Of a stretch of DNA of 64,000 nt, positions 52,962-64,000 are shown one piece after another; within the stretch, counting starts at the first letter, position 1, and every line of letters begins with the position of its first letter. The DNA is from Octopus vulgaris (lineage: Eukaryota), in assembly GCA_951406725.2 (NCBI GenBank), contig OX597814.1:82398001-82462000 (forward strand), given 5' to 3'. The position numbers and the translations under genes were made by a program. Under the pieces are notes generated by a model, which worked only from the letters and a program-made list of their open reading frames with translations, did not search any database and was not told the DNA's origin.

Positions 52962-53305
52962 CCTTTACTTGTTTCAGTCATTCGACTGCGGCCATGCTGG
53001 AGCACCGTCTTTAGTCGAGCAAATCGACCCCGGGACTTATTCTTTTGCCGAACCGCTAAGTGACGGGGATGTAAACACACCAGCATCGGTTGTCAAGCAA
53101 TGCTGGGGGGCCAAACACAGACACACAAACATATACACACACATATATACAACAGGCTTCTTTCACTTTCCGTCTACCAAATCCACTCACAAGGCATTGG
53201 TCGGCCCGGAGCTATAGCAGAAGACACTTGCCCAAGATGCCACGCAGTGGGACTGAACCCGGAACCATGTGGTTGGTAAGCAAGCTACTTACCACACAGC
53301 CACTC
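52962..53305 (-). mobile_element. tRNA-derived CORE-type SINE (octopus OR-like; representative young copy)
   Basis: Reverse complement has A box TGGCTGTGTGG, B box GGTTCAGTCCC and CORE-like CTTGGGCAAGTGTCTT. Other copies at ~4195-4480, 36240-36410, 57495-57690 and 60105-60490. Confidence 0.8.
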
Positions 53306-54624
53306 ATGAATTTTTTTCGAGCCATTCAATTAAAATTTCTTAAATAATACCCTACTTTTACATATTCTATAATTTATTGCCATTTGGCAAATCAGTACAC
53401 ACACACAGAAAAACAGCTAGGTATTTTGTCTAATGCCCTAATGTGTCCTTATTTTTAATATGGTAAAATATGATTTACAAAGATTTGGCCAGTTTCTAGC
53501 CAGTCCAGTGACATATTTTGCTTGCAGAGTAGAGCAGTAAAATATGCAAGTAGTATGAAAATATATTCCTCTTGTGTCCATTATACTTTTTCAGTTTTAT
53601 TTAGATTGTAATCATTTTTATCAAGTATGAATATATTTGCATCTAATGAAGCAGAGTTTTGCTCATTCTATCATCTATATACATCAAATTTAAAATATGC
53701 ATCTCTCATTTTAACCTTGGGTCAAATGACATTTACATTGTTCTTCATTCTTTGTTTAAGACAGAATTTGTCTGATGTTGATTTATCTTGTGTTCATTTA
53801 AATATTTACGCTTGGTAGCTAATGAGTAATTAGAGCAGACATTAACAAAATGTAATTTATATTAGATAAAAAGCAATATCATCAAAATACATCAAAGCAT
53901 TACTTACACTGATATCATTTTTGTCTTCTTCTTTTTCATTGTTGTCATTGTTTTAACATCCACTTTTTCATGCTTACATGGGTCAGACAGAATTTTGCCA
54001 AGTCAGATTTTCTACAGCCAAGTGCCCTTTCTGTTGCTAACCCTCACCTGTTTCCAAGTAAGGTAATGTTTTCCTATGACCAGACAATCAAACACGTTTT
54101 TATGGAAGACTTGGAACAAAGGATACCACTTGCATGACAGAGATATTCATTTTTGACTATCACAACTATCATATGATGTCAAGGCAAGGAGATTGTAACA
54201 AACACACACACACACATTTGATGAGGTTTCTTTCAGTTTTTACCTACCAAATCCATTCACAAAGCTTTGGTTGGCCCAGAGCTATAGCAGAAAACACTTG
54301 CTTAAGGTTTTACACATTGAGACTGGACCAGGAACAATATAGTTGGGAGACTTCTTAACACACTGTCATGCTTGGATATTAATGGATATTCTTTTTTTGA
54401 GCAATGATATAGTGATGTCTGTTTATCAAGCTGGTGCTAGTTGTGTTATTGGGCCTGGAGCCACTTTAGGTTCAAATTTTTTAAGGTCAATTTTACTTTT
54501 TATCCTTCAAAGATTGATAAAATAAAGTACCAATCAAGTACTGGAGTTACTTTAATCAATTATACTGCTCCATCAATTTTGATGCCCATGTTAGAAATCA
54601 TCATCATCATTATCATTAAAGGGT

Positions 54625-54952
54625 AGGTGCATGGCTCAGTGGTTAGAGCATTGGATTCACAATCATGAGGTAGTGAGTTTGATTCCTCTGTTGTGTTCTT
54701 GAGCAAGATACTTTATTTCATGTTGTTCCAGTTCACTTAGCTGTAGAAATGATTTGCAATGTCACTGGTGCTAAGCTGTATTGGCCTTTGCCTTTCCCTT
54801 GGATAACATTGACGGCGTGGAGAAGGGGAAGCTAGTATCCATGGGCAGCTGTTGATCTTCCATAAACAATCTTGCCTGGACTTGTGCCTCTGAGGGTAAC
54901 TTTCTAGGTGCAATCCCATAGTTATTCATGACCAAAAGGGCTCTTTACCCTT
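54625..54952 (+). mobile_element. tRNA-derived SINE
   Basis: Head TGGCTCAGTGGTTAGAGC...GAGTTTGATTCC; homologous to 20815-21135. Confidence 0.75.
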
Positions 54953-54960
54953 TATTATTA

Positions 54961-55313
54961 TTATTACCTCCACCTTCGCTAAGGTGGAGGTATTGTTTCC
55001 AGTTGTATTTGTTTGTCTGTGTACGAGATATCTCAAGAACTGCTGGATGGATTTGGATGAAACTTTCAGAGATGTTTCACCTCGTGACTGGCACAAACTG
55101 ATTAAATTGGCATTGATCTGGCACCAGACAAGGATTCTGGATGGTTTTTTTACTTAATTTCTGAGAGTGGTTGTGTTCACTTTTAGTATTCCCTTTTGTG
55201 AGAGCAGTCAAGTTTATTTCAGATATTTTCATTTTAAAAATCATTACTGGCTAATCATTGAGAGGACATTTGTGTTGCTTTGGCAGAGGTTTGCACTCTC
55301 TGAGTGCTCTTGT
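54961..55313 (+). mobile_element. DINE-1/HINE-like non-autonomous Helentron-type element
   Basis: 5' stem-loop TACCTCCACCTT-cgct-AAGGTGGAGGTA, a GTTT/GTCT tract, 3' subTIR GGCAGAGGT and terminal hairpin GCACTCTCTGAGTGC, in T-rich flanks. Confidence 0.7.
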
Positions 55314-56559
55314 TATTATTTTTTGCCTGACTCGTTACTGTGTCAAGTAAAATGCTTAGTGGAATTTCATCCATCTTTATGTTCTGAGTTCAAATGCTGC
55401 TGAAGGTTGACTTTGCCTTTCATCCTTTTGGGGTCGATAAAATAAATACCAGTTGAGTACAGGGTATTGATGTTATTGACTTACCCATTCTCCTGAAATT
55501 TCTGGCCTTGTGCCAAAATTTGAAATCATTATTTGGTCTTATTAGAACTCCTTAGTAGAACATGGTTTTTTTAAAGATTTCAGTCAATTAAAATCTTTGG
55601 TTTATGATATACATTTGGTTTATGACATTATGTTAGTACCAATTTATTTGTTTTACAACACAAGATACTTCCTTCCCTGTCATGCCTATCAATGCTTATT
55701 CTCTTAAACTCTATTTTTTAAGCATCTTAAGGTGATACTGAGAAAGACTGTATTTTGCAGAGGAGGTTTAATAAGACAGAAACATGTCTGGAATCACTAG
55801 TTTAAAAATAGATTTTCATTGGTTTTGATGATGAGTATTCGATTTGTTTGATCTACTGAACTACCTGCTCACTGTATTAGCATGTAGAAGGCTGAGTATT
55901 CCACCAACGTATTGTTAATATAAGCCTCAGGCAGAATCAGCTGTGTGTCATAGTGGGACATTCGAATTACATGTACATTTCATCTGACTGGTTTCCACAC
56001 AGTTTCTGTCTATCCTATTTCACTCACAAGTCTTGGACAAGTCTGAAACTAAAGTAAAATACACTTGTCTAAGACTGAACCTGGGACCTTATGGTTGCAA
56101 ACTTCCTGGCCATCAGCCATACTACACCTTTTTACTGTACTTGTCAAAGACAATACTCTTTTTCATTGTATAGCATAATGGAATTATATTTTCTGATTAA
56201 TTTTAGATAATTAACATTTTTGAGTTGCCTTTCATGCTTTTCGTCATCGGAGTTAACCACTAAGCTGATGAATATTATGCTAATAAATATTTCCTTGTCT
56301 CTACATTAATTATGTTAACACCAACTTGTCTAATATACTTCTACCTTATTTTAGTCTATTTTTTATTGCCAAAAACTTTTAGTAAACTTATATTGTATTT
56401 AAATACATGTTCAAATTTACCATGTAAATATATCCAGTTTCACTACTTGTTATATATTTTTGATTAGTAGTGAGATGTAGCATAGAAGAATTCTTTTCCA
56501 TCAGTCATTTGACATATACTAATCCTAGCCAAACTTTATCTATGTCCATGTATATATAT

Positions 56560-56787
56560 TTAATTCTTTAGCATTCTGATTACTCTGTCATAGGCAATGC
56601 TTATTTATTCACATTGTTCTTAACTAATCATATATTATCTTGTAGCTTCAAGATTGTTATAACATGATTGTTTATTTTTAGATTGACATTGTAGAATAAT
56701 TGTGAGAGGCCTGATCTGGCTGGTTTGAATGTAAAACAAGTAGAATATTTTGGCTGGATATAACCAGTTTAAATGCGCATGGGTTAA
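56560..56787. mobile_element. piggyBac-like (TTAA) MITE, family B
   Basis: TTAA-flanked with degenerate inverted ends; homologous to 44555-44778. Confidence 0.55.
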
Positions 56788-57318
56788 ATGTATCATGTGA
56801 GCCCTCAAGTGAGGGTAGTGGCCTATTGGTTAGGGTACTGCACACATGATTTTAAGATTGTGCTTTTGATTCCCAAACCAGTAGAGTGTGGTGCTCTTGA
56901 GCAAAGCATTTCATTTCACATTGCTCTGCAATCACTTTGACACCTGTACAGGTAATGCTAATTTCATGGAGAAAGTGAGCTAATGTACAACATAGACATC
57001 TGATTGCTATAAACAATTCATCTACAGGTTATTCAACAAGAAATTGTGGTAACTTCACCTGTCATCCATGACAAGAAAGTCCATCAACATTGTGTGTGCA
57101 TGTTTTCAATTTAACTAGGAACTAAGTTGAAAGCAATCTAAAACATGATAAATTTGGAAAAAAGATTGAATGAATGATAAAGAGATAAGTTGATTAAAAC
57201 ATAGGATGTTCAAATATATATACTTTGATAGAAAAACAAAATTTTAATATTTGTGGAAAATAAATAAGAGAATGACGACTAGTGATTTAAAAACCAAGGA
57301 AATTTAATTGACTTGGTG

Positions 57319-60300
57319 TCAAGAATGTAGATTTCTTATAAATTCCACGACTATAGAACTCCATCCAGTTTGATGACTGTAAAAAATGAAAAGATGATAT
57401 AAGATTAAAGTAAGCATGGGAAAATATTTGGATGCTTGTATTTTTTTACCTGTATAAGAACAGAAAAAATTTCTAGTCATCAAAATCTTTAATCTTTTAC
57501 TTGTTTAAATCATTGGACTCTGGTCATGCTGAAGCACTACTTTGAAGAGTTTTAGGCAAACGAATTGACCCTGGAACTTAGTTTTTAATGTCTGGTACTG
57601 ATTCTGTTGGTTTCTTTTGCCGAACTGCTAAGTTACTGGGATGTAAACAAGCCAACACCAATAGTCAAACAGGTCACACACACACACACATGAATATATA
57701 CAAAATTTTTAAAATATGGAATTTCTAATTCATGTTAAGAGTGAGGAATGGACAGTTGATTGAAGATAATGAAAAACAAGTTCTTTAATACCTTTTATGA
57801 ACACTATAAAATAAATAAACTGACTGATCAGTACACCCCTAAACACTTATAGGAGAGCCTGCAAGAAATAGCAGCCAAATCTTTCTAAAATCACTCCCTA
57901 TATCTCAAAAAAATATTGACACCTTTCACAAAGAACTCCTTGATATAGAAAAGAAAGGCATAGCCATGGTTGGAATGCCTTGGATCATAGGTCTGCTTGA
58001 CCTAGGTTTAAGTAGTAGCAGCAATAACAAAAGTGCCACTACTGCCACCAATGATGACAATATATTTTAGTTTCATGTTTTTAAGCTAATACATTTGATT
58101 TAAATGTTTGCATATTGTAGATGTAACTATTTTGTTTACTTGGCTGCCCTTTCCACTACTTGTGAATGGCTTTTCAGATAAAAGCATAATTTCTTTGTTT
58201 GCAGTTAAAAATATAAGCATCTTAACTTATGCGAGCAACACTGTCAGATATCTTCATAACTAGGTTGATCAGAAAAAATAGAAACAACATATTACTTAAA
58301 TTTATAACTAAGGCAATGTTAGTGTAATACATTGGCCTCAAATTTTGGTACAAGGTCAGCAAGTTTTGGGGTGAGGGTAAGTCAATTACATCAACCCCAG
58401 TGCTCAACTAGTGTTTATTTTATTGACTCTGAAAGGATGAAAGGTAAAGTCAACCCCAGTGGAATTTTCCCTAAGAATGTAAAGATGGACGAAATGCCAC
58501 TAAGCATTTTGTCAAGTGTGCTAACAATTCTGCCAGCTGGTCACCTTATGTTAGTGTAATATATTAATGCAATTTCTGTTAGGCAATATTAATGATAATA
58601 AAAATACTCTGTAGTTATTTCAAAGTCATTCCAGACTGAGCAGACTTACGACGTAATGCATTCTATCTGTGATCATCCTGTCTTTCACTTTTTAATACTA
58701 CATTGTCCAATGTAATGTCAAGATTTTATTTTTTTTCTAAGATGGTTGACTTTGATTTAATGAAAATTTGGTTGTTCTAGTAGGCTGAATGAATGCATTG
58801 AAGCTCCTCTGTGGACTTGTAAAAGCTCCCTAATTATCTACCATGTATATTTGCATATTTGCCAGAGTATAAGACATACACATACATAAGACATGCCCCT
58901 GTTTTACAGTAAACTTTGCAAGAAAAATTAAGCAAAAACAAATTTAGTATACGTCATTATGCACTTATTGAAAGATATTTTATAATCATTTTGTAGGGAC
59001 CAAATGTATGATTCTGTGCATGTAAATACAATTTTGTGATAGTATACTGGAATAAAATATGAAACCATATATTTATCACAAATAAACTGCATTATGGAAG
59101 TACCATATTTCAATGTTATGTTTACAAATCAAAAGATAGTTGTTTATATTTTGGCAAAGAGAATTACATAATATAAAAGTGCCCATGCTGGTACAATGTA
59201 AAAGCACCCAGTACATTCTGTAAAATGGTTGGCATTAGAAAGGGCATTCAGCCATAGAAACCATGCCAAAACAAACAACTGGAGCCTGGGCAGCCTTTGA
59301 GCTAACCAAATCCTGTCAAACCATCCAACCCCTGCCAGCATGGAGAACAGATGTTTGAAGACGATGATGACAGACAAGATGTTAAACATGCACATGGGAC
59401 ACATATACTAGACACAGACAAACACACATATACATGCAGATGTAAATGCATGCACAGATAGAGATATATACAACAAAAGGACAAAATGGAATAAGCAGGA
59501 CAAGAAGAGATGCATAGGACAGGAACAAAGAGTCACTGATGGGGTCACAGAAAGTGTGGTGAAAGAGTTTTGACAGACATAGATGGAAAATAATGTGAAT
59601 TAAAACTAAAGTTAAAATCGAATAAATAGTGCGTGTGTTTAATTGGCAAAAAAAAAAAAAACATCCCCAAGTATAGCAATATGGAAATAAATCTTTTATT
59701 ATAAATTAATGTAAGAACATTTTATTAAGTGCTATTTCAAACAAAAGGTGAATACTTATTAAAACCTTTCTAATTCTGGACTATTTTAAAGCTTAATTCA
59801 AATACACAAAGTATGTTAGGAATATGGTTACAAAATGGTTAACATGCACATACTTCCATTTCTATTAAAAAAAACAAAAAACTATTCACATGCTATTATT
59901 TATAGCTTTATGTGTGCTTTGAGATCCACTGTTCCAAAAATGAATTATAAACTATAATGATATACTCACCTAGCACCACAACCGAGTCCGTTTTCTGCAT
60001 TGAAATATTCATAGAATAGTACTATATGTCGTAAATAATCTTTTTGGTAAAGTGGTTCATTACCTAGAAAATAAATAAATAAATATGTAAGAAATTTTAT
60101 ATATTCTTTTACTTGTTTCAGTCATTTGACTGTGGTCACGCTGGAGCATTGCCTTAAAGAGATTTTTTAGTTGAAGAAATCAACTTCAGGACTTATTCTT
60201 TGTAAACCTAGTATTTATTCTATCGGTTTCTTTTTTCAAACCGAAGTTAAGGGGGCATAAACGCACCCTCAACATTGGTGGTCAAGCAATGGTGGGGGGA

Positions 60301-62915
60301 CAGACACACACATAAATATATACACACATATATATACAATGGGCTTCTTTCAGTTTTTGTCTACCAAATCCACTCACAAGGCTTTGGTTGGCTCAGAGCT
60401 ATAGTAGAAGACATTTCCCCAAGTTGCCATGCAGTGGGACTGAACCCAGAACCATGTGGGTAGGAAGCAAGCTTCTTACCATACACCTATTCTTCTTTAC
60501 AAAATGGTTTAAAGCACATCAAATGATTAAAAAATAATTCTTTTACAATAGAATTTCTATTATCTTTACTTTGTTTGAACATAATGATTTTTAAATTAAA
60601 AGAAATGAAAACTTTACAGTTAATTGCTCAAAATGAATGCTAAGCATCCAAATTATTAAATAAATTTACTTGCTTATTTATTATATTTATGCATGTATAT
60701 CTTATTCAGTTCTTAATGTTAGATGGTGTATATGAACAGTAATGCTACATGGTAGAGTAACGTGGGGTCTGAATGCAGAAGACATGTGAAGCTACAGAGG
60801 AATGAAGTTAGCATGCTTTGGTGGATGTGCAATGTCAGTATACATATGTGACAGAGTGTTAGTGTTTGAGGGAAAAAGCTGGGTATAAGTAAAATTAGAT
60901 GAGTGTGCAAAAGAGAAGACTGTGTTGTTTTGGTCATATGATGTGTATGGATGTAGACAGTTTCATATAGAAGTGCTGACCACTTAAAATGCACCGAGTA
61001 CACTCTGTGAAATGGTTGGTGATAAGAAGGGCATCCAGCTGTTGAAACCATGCCAGAACAGACAATAGAACCAGACAATGAAGCCCTGGCCTTACCAGCT
61101 CTTGTCAAACCATTCAACTTGTGCCAGCATGGAAAATGGATGTCAAATGATAATAATGATGATGATAAGAGTGGCTCAGTATTCTGGTTGGGTTCAATGT
61201 TAAAGACATTAAACAAATAAATAAAAGAGATTACTTACCATGAAGTGGTCGGCAGCCTTCTCTGTTCGGGAGGAAAAGAGATACAATTCTTTTGGATATT
61301 TCTTTTCTTATATCCTGGAGGTTCTTTCTATCATTTGATCCAGTGGGGAACTCTACAGTATACTCATTGCCAAATGCTTTATAGTAAATATCTAAACATT
61401 CATGGAGCATGAAGTTCACTGGAAACAGAACACAGTTAGAAGATATCATTCTCTATATAAACAACCATTTTATTCGTTATTTAGTTGAGAAGCAAGAGCT
61501 TCAAGAATTTGTACTATTCAATTTCTTGCTTATATTTCTTTTGTTTTATGTGTGTGTGTGTGAGAGCGTATAAATAAATCATTACTACCATCATGGTTTT
61601 AATATCTATTTTTCCCTGCTCACACAAACACATACACACATGAATGACATATATATGATATAGATTAAAACAGTTTGATTCAAATTTGTTGGTACTCTTG
61701 AGTTTCAAGTGTAATGCTAATCGTCAGCCATTTGTAGATAGTTAAAGAGACACTGATGAAATACCAACACAGCACTGAAACTTATCTCTCTTTTTCTGTC
61801 TATGATGATAGTGAGTACAAAGACAAGGTATTTACATCTGTCTATTCATATAATGTTGGCTAAAAATTGAAGGATATATTATATAGTATCATCATCATCA
61901 TCATCATCAACATTTAACGACTGTTTTCCATGCTGGCATGGGTTGGATGGCATGACAGGAACTGGCAAAGCCAGGGGCTGAACCAAGTTCTATAGTCTGT
62001 CTTGTCTTCGTTTCTGCCCTTCATAACACCAACTATTCCACAGAGTGTACTGTGTGCATTTTATATGGGACCATCACCCACACCAATACTTTTCTGTTGT
62101 GGTGGGTGGGTCTTCTTGAGTACAGCAATGTGCCACATATCTTGGTCTTCTGTCATCTCCTTTGTAAGGTTCAGCATTTTGAGATCAGCCTTCAATACTT
62201 CTTTTTTCCCCAAGTTTTCCTAGGTCTCCTTCTTCCACAACTTTCTTCCACATTTAAGTGATCAGCACTTCTTTATGCAACTATCCTCATCCATGTGCAT
62301 CACATGACAAAACCAATGCAGTAAACTCTCTTGCACACTGCATCTAATTCCTTTTATGCCCAACTTCTCTCTCTATACACCAATGCTCTGTCACACATAC
62401 ACAACTAATTAACCTATTAAAATTCAAACTGATTGAATTCATGATAATGCTATTTGTTGAAATCATCTATCCATTCTATAAATCTTAGTGGCAGTTTTTG
62501 TTAGAATGAAAATGCTTACTGAAATCATGCAGTTGGTCAAATTAGCATTTATGTAAGGAATACATTGACATACCAAATACCATTAGCATATTAGCATTAT
62601 CTAAGTCAAATGTTTAATCCTTTTGACATCAATTTTACCTGAGTCCTGTAAAGTGATTGGTGTTCAGAAGGGCTTCCAGCTGTCAAAACTATATCAAAAC
62701 TGACCCTGTTTGTGCTTGTGCCATGTAAAAAGCACTCAGCCCACTCTGCTGGGTGGTTGGTGTTAGGAAAGACATCCAGTTGTAAAAACGCTGCCAAAAC
62801 AGACACAGAAGTTTGGTGCAGGCTCCTGTCAAACCATCCAACCCATGCCAGCATGGAAGGCGAACGTTAAACGATAATGATGATGAAATTGAAAAGAAAG
62901 CCTGTTGTGTGTGGT

Positions 62916-62993
<78 letters not shown>

Positions 62994-63241
62994 TTAGTTA
63001 TGTATGAATGTACGTATGTATGTATGCGTGCATGAGTGTATGTATCTTTGGGTCTCCTTGCCTTCACATAATGTTGCAAATGAATGTCATTCATTTTTAG
63101 TATTCTGTGAAAATGTCTGGCCATGGGGAAATATTACCTTGTTTGGAAAGAGGTAAGGAGAGGATCCAGCTGCAGAAAACCAGCCACAGTAAAACTTCCA
63201 CCAACCCATGCAAGTATAGAAAAGTAGACATTATAACGATA

Positions 63242-63276
<35 letters not shown>

Positions 63277-64000
63277 AAGCATTGTATTTCAACAGAAATA
63301 GAAAAGTATTAAGCACAGTACTTACTACATAACCAGATGGGACCTCTCCAGTTGCTGTTGCCACCAAACATATTAGTAGGTGATTCTCCTGGAGAATATC
63401 TCAGGATTCTGTTGTTAGCTCTCTTTACAGGTATATCATCATCACTTTCCTCTTCTTCTATTACATTTTTATCATCCATTTGCATGTCACTTTCAAGATT
63501 TGTAGAACTCTCCTCTTGATCGGCTTCAGTCTGTTCAGCAGTTGCCATAATAATTATAGATGACTTCTCATCTTCACTCTCCTCTTCCTCCTCCTCCTCC
63601 TCTTCTTCTTCTTCTTCTTCTATTTCTTCCTCTTCTTCTTCTTCTTCCTCACTAACTTTCTCACTTTCTTCCTCACTAACTTTCTCACTTTCTTCCTCAC
63701 TAACTTTCTCACTTTCTTCCTCATTTTCTTTCTTGCTTTCTTCCTCATTTTCTTTCTTGCTTTCTTCCTCATTTTCTTTCTTGCTTTCTTCCTCATTTTC
63801 TTTCTTGCTTTCTTCCTCATTTTCTTCCTCTTTTTCCTTTTTTTCCTCTGTTTCATTTTCTTTCTCCTTTTCTTTCTCTCTCTCTTTTCTCTCTCTCTCT
63901 CTTTCTTCTCGCTCTCTTTTTTTTTTCTCTTTCTTTTCTTTTATTCTTTCTTCTCTCTCTCTCTTTTTTCTTTCTCTCTTTTCTCGCATTCTTTCTTCTC
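57319..64000 (-). CDS. GH63-family (MGH1-like / yeast YMR196W-like) glycoside hydrolase, 3' partial, last four exons
   Basis: Exons >64000-63326, 61418-61239, 60063-59970 and 57376-57319, all GT-AG with matching phases: ...YSPGESPTNMFGGNSNWRGPIWLCMNFMLHECLDIYYKAFGNEYTVEFPTGS...RPLHGNEPLY...LFYEYFNAENGLGCGASHQTGWSSIVVEFIRNLHS*. Confidence 0.92.
60720..61168 (+). mobile_element. Old RTE-LINE 3' fragment
   Basis: Degenerate match to 32255-32460 plus the shared 3' tail and (GAT)n. A similar antisense fragment lies at ~61888-62400. Confidence 0.75.
62905..62992. repeat. (GT)n microsatellite
   Basis: Directly visible dinucleotide array. Confidence 0.95.
63646..63826 (-). repeat. In-frame 24-bp coding minisatellite: NEEESKKE x4 grading into SEEESEKV-type units
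   Basis: TCATTTTCTTTCTTGCTTTCTTCC and TCACTAACTTTCTCACTTTCTTCC units in tandem within the GH63 reading frame. Confidence 0.9.

Noticed and set aside
53230-53305. tRNA gene (also at ~54628 and ~45980)
   Set aside because: A/B boxes are followed by SINE bodies and no full cloverleaf is evident.
48000-57300. Additional genes from the 60-110-aa ORFs
   Set aside because: They map to SINEs, MITEs, LINE tails or AT-rich UTR/intergenic DNA, with no recognisable domains or exon chains.
63620-63856. K/R-rich 78-aa ORF resembling a protamine
   Set aside because: It is an alternative frame of the GH63 coding minisatellite.
27760-64000. Derlin-1 plus GH63 as an ER quality-control gene cluster
   Set aside because: The genes are convergent and ~9.5 kb apart, and the GH63 is YMR196W-like rather than MOGS; nothing shows functional linkage.

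Overview
AT-rich, repeat-dense animal genomic DNA, most likely from an octopus or other coleoid cephalopod (inferred from the SINE and RTE-LINE families present). It holds two complete spliced genes on +: BUD31 (4 coding exons, one GC-AG intron) and Derlin-1 (8 exons, one U12-type intron before a 27-nt microexon). On - lie the last four exons of a GH63/YMR196W-like glycoside hydrolase, with a very large charged low-complexity insertion, and a 10-nt first coding exon divergent from BUD31 that may belong to PDAP1. Between BUD31 and Derlin-1 (about 15.4-26.45 kb, -) are collinear, frameshifted laminin-EGF and then FN3 remnants that read as a decayed usherin (USH2A)-like pseudogene, largely invisible in the ORF track. 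The rest is mainly fossil transposons (Chapaev3, Tigger, Penelope, HERO, CR1, I-group, RTE, Gypsy, MITEs, HINE-like) and dozens of SINEs. All family calls come from manual reading and recalled motifs, not database searches.
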